Shown piece by piece: positions 50,668 through 64,000 of a DNA stretch of 64,000 bases. Positions within the stretch are counted from its first letter, which is position 1, and each line of letters opens with the position of its first letter. The notes under the pieces are model-generated. The model had not been told where the DNA came from and made no database searches. It worked only from the letters and a program-made list of their open reading frames with translations. Origin of the DNA: the human T2T-CHM13v2.0 reference genome, Homo sapiens; NCBI RefSeq assembly GCF_009914755.1, contig NC_060937.1. One strand, written 5' to 3'. The position numbers and the translations under genes are program-made.

Positions 50668-51210
50668 TGTAGCTGCAAACCCCTGGCGAGAGCATACAGG
50701 GCCCCCATGGCTGCAAACCCCTGGAGAGAGCACGCGCGTGTAGGGACCATGGCTGCAAACCCCTGGAGAGAGCACGCACGTGTAGGGACCATGGCTGCAA
50801 ACCCCTGGAGAGAGTGCACAGGATCCTGAGGCTGCACACCCCCCAGAGAGAGTGCTTGGGGCCCAGCGGCTGCAAACCCCACAGAGAGAGCGTGCAGGGC
50901 CCGGCGGCTGCAAACCTCCTCACCTCCTACCACAGAGAGAGTACGCAGGGCCCCACAGCTGCAGGCCCCCCCTCCCCCCTCCCCCCCAGAGAGCACGCAG
51001 GGCCCGCAGCTGCAAACCCTCCAGAGAAAACAAGCAGGGCCCCTTGGCTGTGAACCCCCTAGAGAGCGCTCAGGGCCCTGCAGCTGCAAACCCCCCAGAG
51101 AGAGTGCACAGGGCCCAGTGGCTGTGAACCTCCCAGAGAGAGCACTCAGGGCCCCGTGGCTGTGAACCCCCCAGAGAGAGAGGGCTCCCGTGGCTGCAAA
51201 CCCCCGGAGA
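50668..51210. repeat. Degenerate ~38-bp minisatellite (GCTGCAAACCCC..GAGAGAGCACGCAGGGCCC)
   Basis: About 14 diverged units. Confidence 0.85.
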
Positions 51211-51321
51211 AGTGCTCAGGACAAGGACTGTATGTTGTGTCCTCCTACCACCAGTTCCCTGACCCGGCCCAGCAGAGGCCTCTGAAGAGAGGGGCAGTCC
51301 TGGGAGGCGTGGCCGGCTGGC

Positions 51322-52486
51322 CTGTGCACAGTGTTGTCTACATGCACGGTGTTGTCATATGGGCACGGCGTTGTCTATACTCACAGCATTGTCTACTCTC
51401 ACGGTGTTGTCTACATGCACAGTGTTGTCTTATGTGCACAGTGTTATCCACATGCACAGTGTTGCCAACACACCTGGTGTCTACATGCGCAGTGTTGTAT
51501 GTGCATGGTGTTGTCTACACACATGGTATTGTCTGTCCTGCATGTATGATATTGTCATAAATGCATAGCATTGCGCTGTGTAAACACAGGGTGTTTACAT
51601 GCACCGTGTTGTCATACAGGCATGGCTTTGTCTATATGCACAGTATTGTCTACACGCACAGTGTTGTCTACATGCACGGTGTTGTGTGTGCATGGTGTCT
51701 ACATGCACGGTGTGTGTGCATGGTGTCTACAGTCACGGTGTTGTGTGTGCATGGTGTCTACATGCAAGTTGTATGTGCATGGTGTCTACACTCACGGTGT
51801 TGTGTGTGCATGGTGTCTACATGCACGGTGTTGTGTGTGCATGGTGTCTACATGCACGGTGTTGTGTGTGTATGGTGTCTACATGCACGGTGTTGTGTGT
51901 GCATGGTGTCTACATGCATGGTGTGTGTGCATGGTGTCTACAGTCACGGTGTTGTGTGTGCATGGTGTCTACATGCAAGTTGTATGTGCATGGCGTCTAC
52001 ACTCACGGTGTTGTGTGTGCATGGCGTCTACACGCACGGTGTTGTGTGTGCATGGCGTCTACACGCACGGTGTTGTGTGTGCATGGCGTCTACACGCACG
52101 GTGTTGTGTGTGCATGGCGTCTACACGCACGGTGTTGTGTGTGCATGGCGTCTACACGCACGGTGTTGTGTGTGCATGGCGTCTACACTCACGGTGTTGT
52201 GTGTGTATGGCGTCTACATGCAAGGTGTTGTGTGTGCATGGCGTCTACATGCACGGTGTTGTGTGTGCATGGTGTCTACACTCATGGTGGTGTGTGTGTA
52301 TGGTGTCTACATGCACGGTGTTGTGTGTGCATGGTGTCTACACTCATGGTGTTGTGTGTGCATGGTGTCTACACTCACGGTGTTTTGTGTGCATGGTGTC
52401 TACATGCACATTGTATGTGTATGGTGTCTACACACATGTTGTCTGCACACATGGTGTTGTGTGCATGCACAGTATTGTTTTACATG
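51322..52486. repeat. TG/CA-rich VNTR, 31-bp unit
   Basis: GCATGG(T/C)GTCTACA(T/C)GCACGGTGTTGTGTGT in tandem, with degenerate edges. Confidence 0.95.
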
Positions 52487-53054
52487 ACGCCATGTTCATC
52501 ACCCCAGTTCTGAGTCAGGGAGGAGAGAGAATGTGGCAAGACTGTGGTTTGGGAGACACGAGTCCTGCAGTCTCATAGGAGAGGTGTGAGGGCTGCATTC
52601 CTGCAGGAATTAAGGTCACCTTCGCCTGCACCCGAAACCCCTGGATGGGGGTACAGCTGCGTGGCTTTGTCCAGGCTGTGTCTAAACCCAGTGTGTGCCC
52701 CTCACAGTCACCGGCACAGTGGATCCACAAACAGCCTTTCTCAACTCAGTCCTGGGTTAACAAGCCTAGCCCTTCCTGAGTCCCCTAAAAGGATTCATTT
52801 TATTCTGGAATTAGACATGAAATGTCTGTATTCAACTGAAATTTAGCCTTTTCAAAGCAAACAGAAGCCATAAAACAAAATGGCACAAACAGCATTGTCT
52901 TTTCAGGTTAGAATTTAAGCGAGAAACAGATTTTCAAAGCTGCTACCCTTGGGCTTCTCCCCGGGTCTCTTTCCTTTGGGACACTCCACTCCTGTCTCCT
53001 GTCTTCCCTGTCTGGTCTCCTGAAAGACAAATCAGTTTCTAAAGCTGCCTGAGG

Positions 53055-53334
53055 GGCCGGGTGCAGTGGCTCACACCTGTAATCCCAGCACTTTGGGAGG
53101 CTGGGATGGGCAGATCATAAGGTCAGGAGTTCGAGACCAGCCTGGGCAACATAGTGAAACCCCCGTCTCTACTAAAAATACAAAGTTAGCCCAGCCTCTC
53201 AGGAGGCTGAGGCAGGAGAATCGCTTGAACTCAGGAGGTGGAGGTTGCAGTGAGCCGAGATCGCGCCACTGTACTCCAGCCCGGGCAAAAGAGTGAGACT
53301 ATGTCCCAAAAAAAAAAAAAAAAAAAAAAAAAAA
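53055..53334 (+). mobile_element. AluS-like SINE with internal deletion
   Basis: Forward Alu with poly-A tail. Confidence 0.9.
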
Positions 53335-53984
53335 TGGTGCCTGAGTCTCCCAACCCATGTCTCAATAAAGAAAAGGCAAAATACTAACATCCAGTGATCT
53401 TGTAGCAAAATGTCAACTGTTTCCAAACGTTTTCTGCCATGAGCTGAAGTGCCACTCCCAGTTATCAGGGCCCCGGGAGAGGCTGAGAAGGTGCTGGCCC
53501 TGTGCCCTGGAGGCTGTGGCCAGGTGACACCTCCCGCCATCCTGCTGGGCCCTGAAGTTGGCTGAGTGAGCCTCAGGGCAGAGACATGTCAGATGTGCCT
53601 TCGGCCACACGGGCCTGCACCAACTTCCCACACTGGCCTAAGTGCTTCCTCACACTTTGCTGGTTGCTCCGTTTAATCCTCTGTGACCTTGTGAGGGAGG
53701 AAGGCCCTGGGAGGGAAGCCACTTCCCCAGTTTTCCCAGGGAGTGGGGGTAGGGAGCTGGGAATGGCCAGCTGCATACCCGAGCAATGGCCGAGCTCTCT
53801 GTGCGAGGCCGCCCCTCCCCAGGCCTGGCACACACACACACCTGCTAAACGCTTGCCAAGTGACTTGGTGATAATGCGCTGGCAACATGGGCTTGTCGTT
53901 TCAGGGCCATGGATGCCACCTCTCCTATGTGTCTTGTAGAGCGCTAGACACGGCTACTTCCTGGTTCAGAGTCTGCTCTCGTGC

Positions 53985-54457
53985 CCTGTTCAGAGAGGCT
54001 CACCCGGAAGGAGGCAGCCCCAGTCAGAGAGGCTCACCCGGAAGGAGGCAGCCCCAGTCAGAGAGGCTCACCCGGAAGGAGGCAGCCCCAGTCAGAGAGG
54101 CTCACCGGGAAGGAGGGACCCTGTTCAGAGAGACACACCCGGAAGGAGTGAGCCCCGGTCAGAGAGGCTCACCCGGAAGGAGGGAGCCCTGTTCAGAGAG
54201 ACACACCCGGAAGGAGGGACCCTGTTCAGAGAGGCTCACCCGGAAGGAGGCAGCCCTGTTCAGAGAGACACACCTGGAAGGAGTGAGCCCCGTTCAGAGA
54301 GACACACCCGGAAGGAGGCAGCCCGGTTCAGAGAGGCTCACCCAGAAGGAGACAGCCCTGTTCAGAGGCTCACCCGGAAGGAGGGAGCCCCGTTCAGAGA
54401 GACACACCCGGAAGGAGGCAGCCCGGTTCAGAGAGGCTCACCCGGAAGGAGGGAGCC
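53985..54457. repeat. 34-bp VNTR, about 14 copies
   Basis: CAGAGAGGCTCACCCGGAAGGAGGCAGCCCCAGT in tandem. Confidence 0.95.
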
Positions 54458-54699
54458 ACACAGGCTGCCCCGACCCTCAGACCTGTGCTCACTCTAGCAG
54501 CAGAGCCAGGGTTTGCCAGACCACACAGCCCCGTGGCTCGTGGGGTGAAGGACTTTTCAGTGCAGCTTACTTAAAGCTGCCAAACGTAGTTCCATTTGTA
54601 AAAGTCTGCCTGTCTTTGGAAAGCATGCTGAAGAGCCCCTGCACACTGCAATTGTTAGGATACCTGCAGGCCACCGTGATCTCAGCAGTCAGGGAGGAT

Positions 54700-55060
54700 G
54701 CTTACGAGCACAGGGGCCAGATTCTCTGGTTCCCGTCCAAGCTCTGCCACTCGCTGGGCTGTGTGGCACTGGGCAAGCGCCTGAACCTCTCTGTATGTCA
54801 ATTTTTTCTCCTGTAAGATTGTGATAAAATCAGCCTCCACGGTGATGTGAGGAGCATGTGTGGAGGATAACATGCGTGAAGCAGCTGGAACAATGCCTGG
54901 TACAGAAGTGCTGTGGAGTCAGCACTCACCATTGTCGTTTTGTAGAGATGGAGTCTTGCTATGTTTCCTAGGCTGATCTAGAACTCCTGGGCTCAGGCAA
55001 TCTGCCCACCGTGGCCTCCCACAATGCTGGGATTGCAGACGTGAGCCACTGTGCCCAGCC
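54700..55060. mobile_element. MIR relic (~54700-54930) followed by an Alu monomer (54937-55060, minus)
   Basis: CTCTGCCACT..CTGTGTGGCACTGGGCAAG..AACCTCTCTG MIR core; FLAM-like left arm. Confidence 0.7.
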
Positions 55061-55208
55061 CTCACCATTGTTAACACAGCTTAAAGACCCCCTTCCATAG
55101 GCTACAATTTGTTATTTAAAGAACAAAGATAAACTTAAGTGAAATTTCGACTTTGATTTTTAGTGAGTTGAAAAAAATCTGCTTGCTTTGGTTTCTAGAG
55201 GGGTAAGC

Positions 55209-56224
55209 TGTAGGGACCAGCCCCACAGGGTCGGTGGGTCTCTCCCTGTGTGCAGTGACGAGAGAGTGTAGAAATAAAGACACAAGACAAGAGATAAGAG
55301 AAAAGGCAGCTGGGCCCGGGGGACCACTACTACCAATGCACGGAGACCGGTAGTGGCCCCGAATGTCTGGCTGCACTGTTATTTATTGGATACAAGGCAG
55401 AAGGGGCAGGGTAAAGAATGCGAGTCACCTCCAATGGTAGGTAAGGTCATGTGGGTCACGTGTCCACTGGACAGGGGGCCCTTCCCTGCCTGGCAGCCGA
55501 GGCAGAGAGGGAGAGGAGACAGAGAGAAAGACAGCTTATGCCATTATTTCTGCATATCAGGGACTATTAGTACTGATAGTACTAATTTTTCACTAATTTA
55601 CTACTGCTATCTAGAAGGCAGAGCCAGGTGTACAGGATGGAACATGAAGGCAGACTAGGAGTGTGACCACTGAAGCACAGCATCACAGGGAGACGGTTAG
55701 GCCTCCGGATAACTGCGGGCGAGCCTGACTCATGTCAGGCCCTCCACAAGAGGTGGAAGAGCAGTCTTCTCTAAACTCCCCTGGGGAAAGGGAGACCCCC
55801 CCCCCCTTCCTGGTCTGCTAAGTAGCAGGTGTTGTTCCTTGCCACCTTTTGCTACTGCTGGACCACGATCCGCCTGGTAACGGGCGTCTTCCCAGACGCT
55901 GGCGTCACAGCTAGACCAAGGAGCCATCTGGTGGCCCTGTCCGGGCATAACAGAAGGCTCGCACTCTTGTCTTCTGGTCACACCTCACTATGTCCCCTCA
56001 GCTCCTATCTCTGTATGGCCTGGTTTTTCCTAGGCTATGATTATAGAGCGAGGATTATCATAATATTGGAATAAAAAGTAATTGCTACAAACTAATGATT
56101 AATGATATTCATATATAATCATATCTAAGATCTATATCTGGTATAACTATTCTTGTTTTATTATACTGGAACAGCTCGTGTCCTCTGTCTCTTGCCTCAG
56201 TGCCTGGGTGGCTTGCCGCCCACA
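55209..56224 (-). mobile_element. Solo ERV LTR (LTR13-like, ERVK class), 1016 bp, TSD GTAAGC
   Basis: TG...CA termini; GTAAGC at 55203-55208 and 56225-56230; minus strand begins TGTGGGCGGCAAGCCACCCAGG like LTR13; internal AATAAA at 55382-55387. Confidence 0.88.
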
Positions 56225-56352
56225 GTAAGCAATTCCAGGGGTGATCTTGGATGCGTATTTTCTCATGACCCACAAACTAGACGCTGCAGCAGCACAGTGA
56301 ACCCTCCCTTCCAGTCCACAGCTGAGGACCCTGAGAGCTTAGAGCAAACTTA

Positions 56353-57129
<777 letters not shown>

Positions 57130-57920
57130 TTATCTTATCGCCGGCGCTTCAGCTCTCCCGTTATTTAGGGACCGGCCACAGGCTCGATGGCATTCCTCTG
57201 CTGTGAGCACAGAACTAAACTGGGCACGTCCATGGCAGATGAACAGAATGGTGGAGTGAACGCATAAGTGAGATTTCATTGACTTAGCTGCAGCCCTCAG
57301 ATTTTAATTCTGCCATGATAAACAGCACCCACGGGGTTTTGAAGAGCAAATGCCTCGTAGGAAAGCTGGACTGCATGTCTGTGCACCTGCCATTTCCCTG
57401 AAATTCATGCAAAAGCTTGATCCTAAAATCAATTTGCTACTTAAAGGTATTTTAAGAAGCTTTGTCTCCAATCTCGTCCAATCAAGTTTATGTCATTTTC
57501 TTAGAACACATTTGTGTATGGGCAACTCTCCAAGCTGAACCATTTTGGGAGATGATATTCTAACTTTAATTCATTGGAATTTAGAACTAATCCCCAAACA
57601 GTATTAATGGGTTCACATTTCAAACTGGCTTATTTTACATCCCTTTGTAATGAATTCAGAACAAGAAGGCTTAATCTCTGCAGCGAGAAGTGAGCCCTCA
57701 CCCTACTCCCACCAGCACGGCCGAGAGAGGCTTCACTGGCTTTAACTCTATTAGAAACAGAAGGTGCTAGGCCTAGTTAACGCTTTACAAATACAAGTGA
57801 AAAGTCACGTTTAAAAACTGAATCTTAATAACTGCAAAGTAAAGTAATACTGTCACCCTCAGAGAAACCACAGGAGAAACGTGATCTGCCGCATATCAAA
57901 TTTGAGGGACACTCAGATTA

Positions 57921-58475
<555 letters not shown>

Positions 58476-59507
58476 TTCTTCTGCGTCTGGACAGGCACCA
58501 GCTCCTCAGCAGAGGAGCCTGCTAGCTTCTGCCGGCAGCCGCAGCACATTCAGAGCGTTGACAGAGCAGGGGCTCCTCTCGCTGTCCCTGGAAGGAGTGC
58601 GCACACTTCCCCGTGTGTGGCGTGGGGTGATGCGGGAGCAGATGTGTGCAGGCGTGCCTGTCACTGCCGCCCGCTGCGGGGCGTGCCCTCACCCCTCGGG
58701 CAACAACCCATCTGCTGTCTCTACAGTTCTGCCTTTCCTGGACATTTCAAATACAATGTGTGGCCTTCGGTGTCTGGCTTCCTTCACTCAACATAATGTT
58801 GAGATTAATCTGTGACATGCGGTTTTATCATTTAGAAAACTTTTCGATTATGAAATGTGTTTTTGATAGAAAACTTTTAAAAAATGCAGTGTAGAGGGAA
58901 CAAAGTCTATCTAGCTCCTGTGTGAACAATGACGGTGTCTTCTCAGCATGCGGTGTTTAACGGCTCCCAAATAATTGGACTGCACTGAGGGGGAAAGTCG
59001 TCAGCAAACCGCAGGCTTCACTAGAACCTCCCATCCGGCCCTCGGTCAGCTCAGTGTATTTACATCATCCCTGCTAGCTCATGAAAAGAATATTAAAAAA
59101 TATGGAGACGGGGGGTGAGGCAGAATGCACACAGCCAGGGTTCCTGGTTTGAAATAAATTAGGAAAACAGTCCATCTCCCGACCCCACCCCAGGACAGTT
59201 CTCCGCAGAGGCCGGGAGCCCAGCAGGGCTGTGTCTCTCCCGTCTCCTTCCTCGGGGCCTGGTTTCCATCAGACCCAGGGGAAGCAAAGAGTTACACCTG
59301 GACTGAAGAAATGCGTCTGATAAAAACTCTCGTAGTGTACAGCGAGACAGTAGGAAGCATTTAACCGCCTGGCGTTATATCAGCACTTGTTAAAACGGAG
59401 GATCTCAAGCAGTGAGTTCACCTCACCCTCCACTGTCTGCTGGTGGAGGCAGCCATCAGCACAGTCATGCCAGCTAGCATGATCCTGAGATTCAGAAACA
59501 AACTTCA

Positions 59508-59844
<337 letters not shown>

Positions 59845-60659
59845 CAGCATGCACGCAGGGTCCCTATCCAAACAAGACAGACAGGAGGGGCGGCCCTTCG
59901 TTCAAACTCTCACCTGTTTTAGGCACAACTGCACTGTGGGGCCGAAGCGTGTGCTGCTGAGGGGATTAACACAGCCCGCTCGCTGAGCGCTTCAGTTCGC
60001 AGGCGGCGGAAACCTTTGCCAAGAGCACTAGCTGGCTCCCTCAGCAAACAGGACGGGATAAGGTTAGCTCGTTTATCCAACAAATATTTGCAGAGCCCCT
60101 ACTTTGTACCTGAAACTGTGGACACAGCAACAAGGATCAGAAGAAAGTTTATTCTTGGCCCCAAGAAGCCTGAGGTCTAAAATGGATATAAACTTCAAGC
60201 GAAAATAACACAATGACATGTACAATGTCACTGAGAGGAGCTGGCGTTGTTGATTCCGGAACGCTGGCAGGTGCACCGTGAATCGGCAGGTAGCACATGA
60301 TCCTCAGACCCCCGTGCTTGGCCGTTTGCCTCCGATAAGGGACGGTTTCCAGCAGTTTGTGCTGGCACACATGACCTCCTGCCCCGACACACTCCCGTAA
60401 ATCCTGCCTATTGTGAGATCTCTCATTCCTCACATGAGCCACCCCATCAGGTGCACGGTGCACCGCTGAGAGGCAACGCAATGACAGAAGGTACCTGAGG
60501 ACCTGGTTACCTGGCCAGGGCTGGCGGGCCACACACGGGGGCAGGGGCTTGCCCGCTGGTTGCTAGCTGGGGGCTGTTCTCTCATCCTGGGACAATGACG
60601 TGGATGCTGACACCTATAGGCAGACATCCCTGCAGCTGAGGAGAATCGAAAGGAAACCA

Positions 60660-62871
60660 CGCCCGAGAAAAACCAATTTAATGCTTCTGTTCTCAGCATT
60701 TCACAGCATGCAGGACTCAAATGGATACAACAGAAGAAAAAAACCCACAATTTTTGGAAAAGCCTTTGTCCAATGATTAATATTTTGATATCTATTGACA
60801 ATCCCTTAGAACTTTAAATCTCAAAAACAAAAAAGTACTGTGGATCTCCATAGTTTATACAGAATTATGTGAATTCTATAAACTTTTCTGAACAAAACAA
60901 TTACATGTCAAGAATCCATGAAGCCTGGAAGATACGCTCACGTTTTTGAGGTTTGTATTAATGCCAGTTTTTATTGTATTAGACAAATGCTCTCTGAGAA
61001 TCGAAGACTTCTAAAGGTAGACAGGCCCAGTTTCCCATTAGAGTTCTGGAAGCAGAGCCTGGGGAAGGTCTGTCACTTGCCCATCACTGGACCAGCCAGA
61101 AGCCAGCGGGGGCCAGGCGGGGTCTGCAGGCTGCAGGTCCCTTCCAGTCCTGTCCCTGCTGCCCTCTGTGACCATCTCTGCTAAGAAACATCGACAGTTC
61201 GTCCTGCAGCCTCCAAGCACACTAACCTCAGCCATCAGATGTTCCTGAAGCCCAGGGTAAGTCCTGTTCTCAGAAGCCAACCCAGCTGCTTGTCTGGGCC
61301 ATGCTCTCTCACACCGCAGCTAGGTCATCTGCGGCGACTCTCCTCTGTGCTGGGCAGCAGCTCCAGCTGGTCCACGTCCTGCACAGTGCTGCAGGGGGGC
61401 AGCAAGGCACGCCTGTGACATGAGAGTCTCGGCACGTGAGGTAGGGTCAACAGTGATGTCCACAACTCAATACCAGCCCTCCACACCTCGGCAGCACTCG
61501 TGGGTCCTCCTCAACCAGGCGGACACGAGAAACAGATGATAACATGGTGCAAGGACAGACTTCAGCTCACCAATCAGATGAAGGTTTTGGGGTTGGGTTT
61601 TTTCAGACAACGATGTACATTTTAGCTTCCAAATGTGCACAGGGGCACAAAGGTCTGGATGCTGGGCACTACGGGTACCACAAGAGGATGGAAAGAACCA
61701 GCTCATTCGGTTTTATTGTATGTATGTATGTATTTATTTTGAGACAGAATCTCACTCTGTCGTCCAGGCTGGAGTGCAGTGGCGCGATCTCGACTCACTG
61801 TAACCTCCGTCTCCTGAGTTCAAGCGAATCTCCTGCCTCAGCCTCCTGAGTAGCTGGGATTACAGGCATGTGCCACCATGCCCGGCTAATTTTTGTATTT
61901 TTAGTAGAGACAGGGTTTCACCATGTTGGCCAGGCTGGTCTCAAACTCCTGACCTCAGGTGATCCACCTGCCTCGGCCTCCCAAAATGCTGGGATTACAG
62001 GTGTGAGCCACCACGCCCGGCCTTGATTTTAAAATCTATAATTCATCACTCATAAAATAAATGTTTTTCATGGAAAAATGTCTTTTTAAATGTAATTAAA
62101 ATATATTTTAAAAAAACATACTTTATGAAGCTTCTCAGGCAGGTCAAATAATATTTAAGTAAGAGAGGCCCAGTGATATATAAACGGTGTGAGATAAACT
62201 CTGCTGGAATCGTGCCACGTGTGCCGTTGCTATGCAAAGCTACATGGGGATTGAGAACCATAAAATGATTTTCAGATGAATGTCTAGAGAAAATGAAAAC
62301 AAAAATAGAGCTGGTAAATCTAGATATTTGGTAATTCAAAAAATATAAATCGTGAATTGCTGGCACCAATTTTAAAAAACATTAGACTCTACGACAAGAT
62401 CCTCTCCCTTAGGGCACATTCTTAACAGCTTTGACGTGTATAAAAACGCAGCGCCCTGCAGAGGACACATGCCGTGTTGCCAGTGCCACCGCAACGTCAT
62501 TCGGCGGGACGCTGCCGGACGCTGGTTCGCCTGACGCGCGAGCTACGCAGCATGCTCTGCGGTCCCACAGGCGGCGCTATGGCTCTACCTTAGTATTTTG
62601 TAAATATTAAAAAATCATGCAGAAATTTCCTAACGCAAAAGCTATGATGACAAATCTCCAAACATCCCAAAGCAGCCGTGTCCCGAGGAACTTCCTGCGG
62701 TGTCCACAAAGCAGCCGCTGGCTGTCCTCCGGCAGAATGGGATGGCGCCTCTGGTTTCATGGCTGGTCAAGAATGACTTCTGGAATCAGCGACAATGCAC
62801 CCAGGAACTGACTGCAATCTCCTTGCAGGATACAAATCATTTCATAATCTTACTCCTGCTTAACTTGCTGC
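60660..62871 (-). other. DCUN1D2: DCUN1D2 3' UTR; candidate poly(A) signals ATTAAA 60677-60682 and AATAAA 60970-60975
   Basis: Follows the stop at 62872; AT-rich terminal segment; exact end inferred. Confidence 0.65.
61711..62022 (-). mobile_element. AluS-like SINE inside the DCUN1D2 3' UTR
   Basis: Reverse Alu. Confidence 0.93.
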
Positions 62872-62951
62872 CTAGAAAAGGCTGCGTTTTCCACCTGTGA
62901 CTACTGGCCGTGCATATTCTACAAAATCATCTATAAGAACGGGCCAAGCTC
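62872..62951 (-). CDS. DCUN1D2: DCUN1D2 (DCN1-like neddylation co-E3) last coding exon: [26 protein letters not shown]
   Basis: Acceptor TTCCTTTAG|GA; AWP.LIDDFVE is the DCN1 PONY-domain C-terminal motif; too short for the ORF track. Confidence 0.9.
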
Positions 62952-64000
62952 CTAAAGGAAAGCAAGCAAACAGAAAACCCGTTAGAGCACCGTTTTTATC
63001 TCCAAAGCACTGAGTCACACATCAATCCAACATTTACACTTCAAGAACCCAAATGACTTGAGGTCCACACCATTTGTGTTTCACAGAATGAACCAGCCCA
63101 AGTTACCCAGTTCTTTCGCCCTAGCACGGCCAGGTCGGGAGCCCTGGTGTGTGTGTGCTGGCATGTCTAGGGGGCTGTGGGCTCACAGTGGCCCCGGATG
63201 CTCAGTGAGTGCCCCAGGCAGTCACACCAGCTGCTCAGGAAGGGAGCTAAATGGACCCCCGCGGAGCAGGAGGCATGTTCCTCAGGTCATTGGTATTCTT
63301 GCCAGCAGGGGGTGCTCCCTCCTGCGGCTCTTCCCAAGTGGGACCACCCCATTGCTCCCTTCCCCACCCCGGCAGCCCTGAGTGCCCTCTGAGCTCCTGC
63401 ACTGCTGCCTCAATCCTGGAAGCCGCGCTTCTGTCAATGAGATTCAGTGATCCCTTCTTTCATTTGACAAGCATTTACTGGGTGCCCCTGATCTAGGGAC
63501 GGTGCAAAGTGTGGAGGACACAAAGAGAAGCAGAAGCTAAAACAGGCAGACAGACACGTAAACCACCCGTTAAAGGCACGGCGCCAGGGCCCAGAACAGA
63601 TCACTGCCCGCCGAGGGGGCAGGGAGGAAGCAAAGTGGGTGGGAGCCTAGAGGGGAGGCCTTCCACCCAGAGACCATCCCTCTCTAAGGTGGCAGCGTGC
63701 CCAGCACACAGCAGGCTCCAAAGGCCCTCCAACGCAGAGTCCTAAACACGGGGGGAGACAAGTATGTGGAGATATATTTATGCAAGAAGACAGGAGCTGG
63801 AATCTCCGAGTCAGCCTGAAGAGTGCAGTGTGGAACTGACCTAAGGCATCATGCGGGACTGAGAATCTGGGAGTGGTGGTTTCCCAATACCTAACTCCAT
63901 GGCTCCACCATGGGGGTCTCTAACTCTTCACATCCAATTCTGAAATGCTTTGGCTTAGAGGACTGTCTTCTTGATTTACACTAAATATAAAACCCTATTT

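Noticed and set aside
51561-52578. Cys/Val/His-rich metallothionein- or keratin-associated-like ORFs
   Set aside because: The 31-bp unit cycles through all frames; repeat artefact.

Overview
Human (primate) GC-rich genomic DNA containing the whole ADPRHL1 (ARH2) gene on the minus strand and the last coding exon plus 3' UTR of DCUN1D2; from recall this is 13q34. I reconstructed seven GT-AG exons giving the 354-aa ADP-ribosylhydrolase-like pseudoenzyme (1065 nt CDS). A 5' splice site overlaps its last codon and stop (AA|GTAAAG) and joins in frame, across a 15.8-kb intron, to an exon with 4843 nt of CDS, giving a 1967-aa isoform with a long low-complexity tail and a Q/A/E-rich coding repeat. The introns hold about 30 Alus, a sense-oriented solo LTR13 with a 6-bp TSD, old L1/MIR/MER5 relics with strong AT-to-GC drift, a truncated U2 snRNA copy and many VNTRs. 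Smaller oddities include a templated insertion of an Alu-Alu junction, a 71-bp duplication of the exon 3 donor and an NKX2-5/MEF2 motif cluster. Most long ORFs in the supplied track are repeat artefacts. Repeat boundaries and subfamily calls are by eye and approximate; no searches were run.
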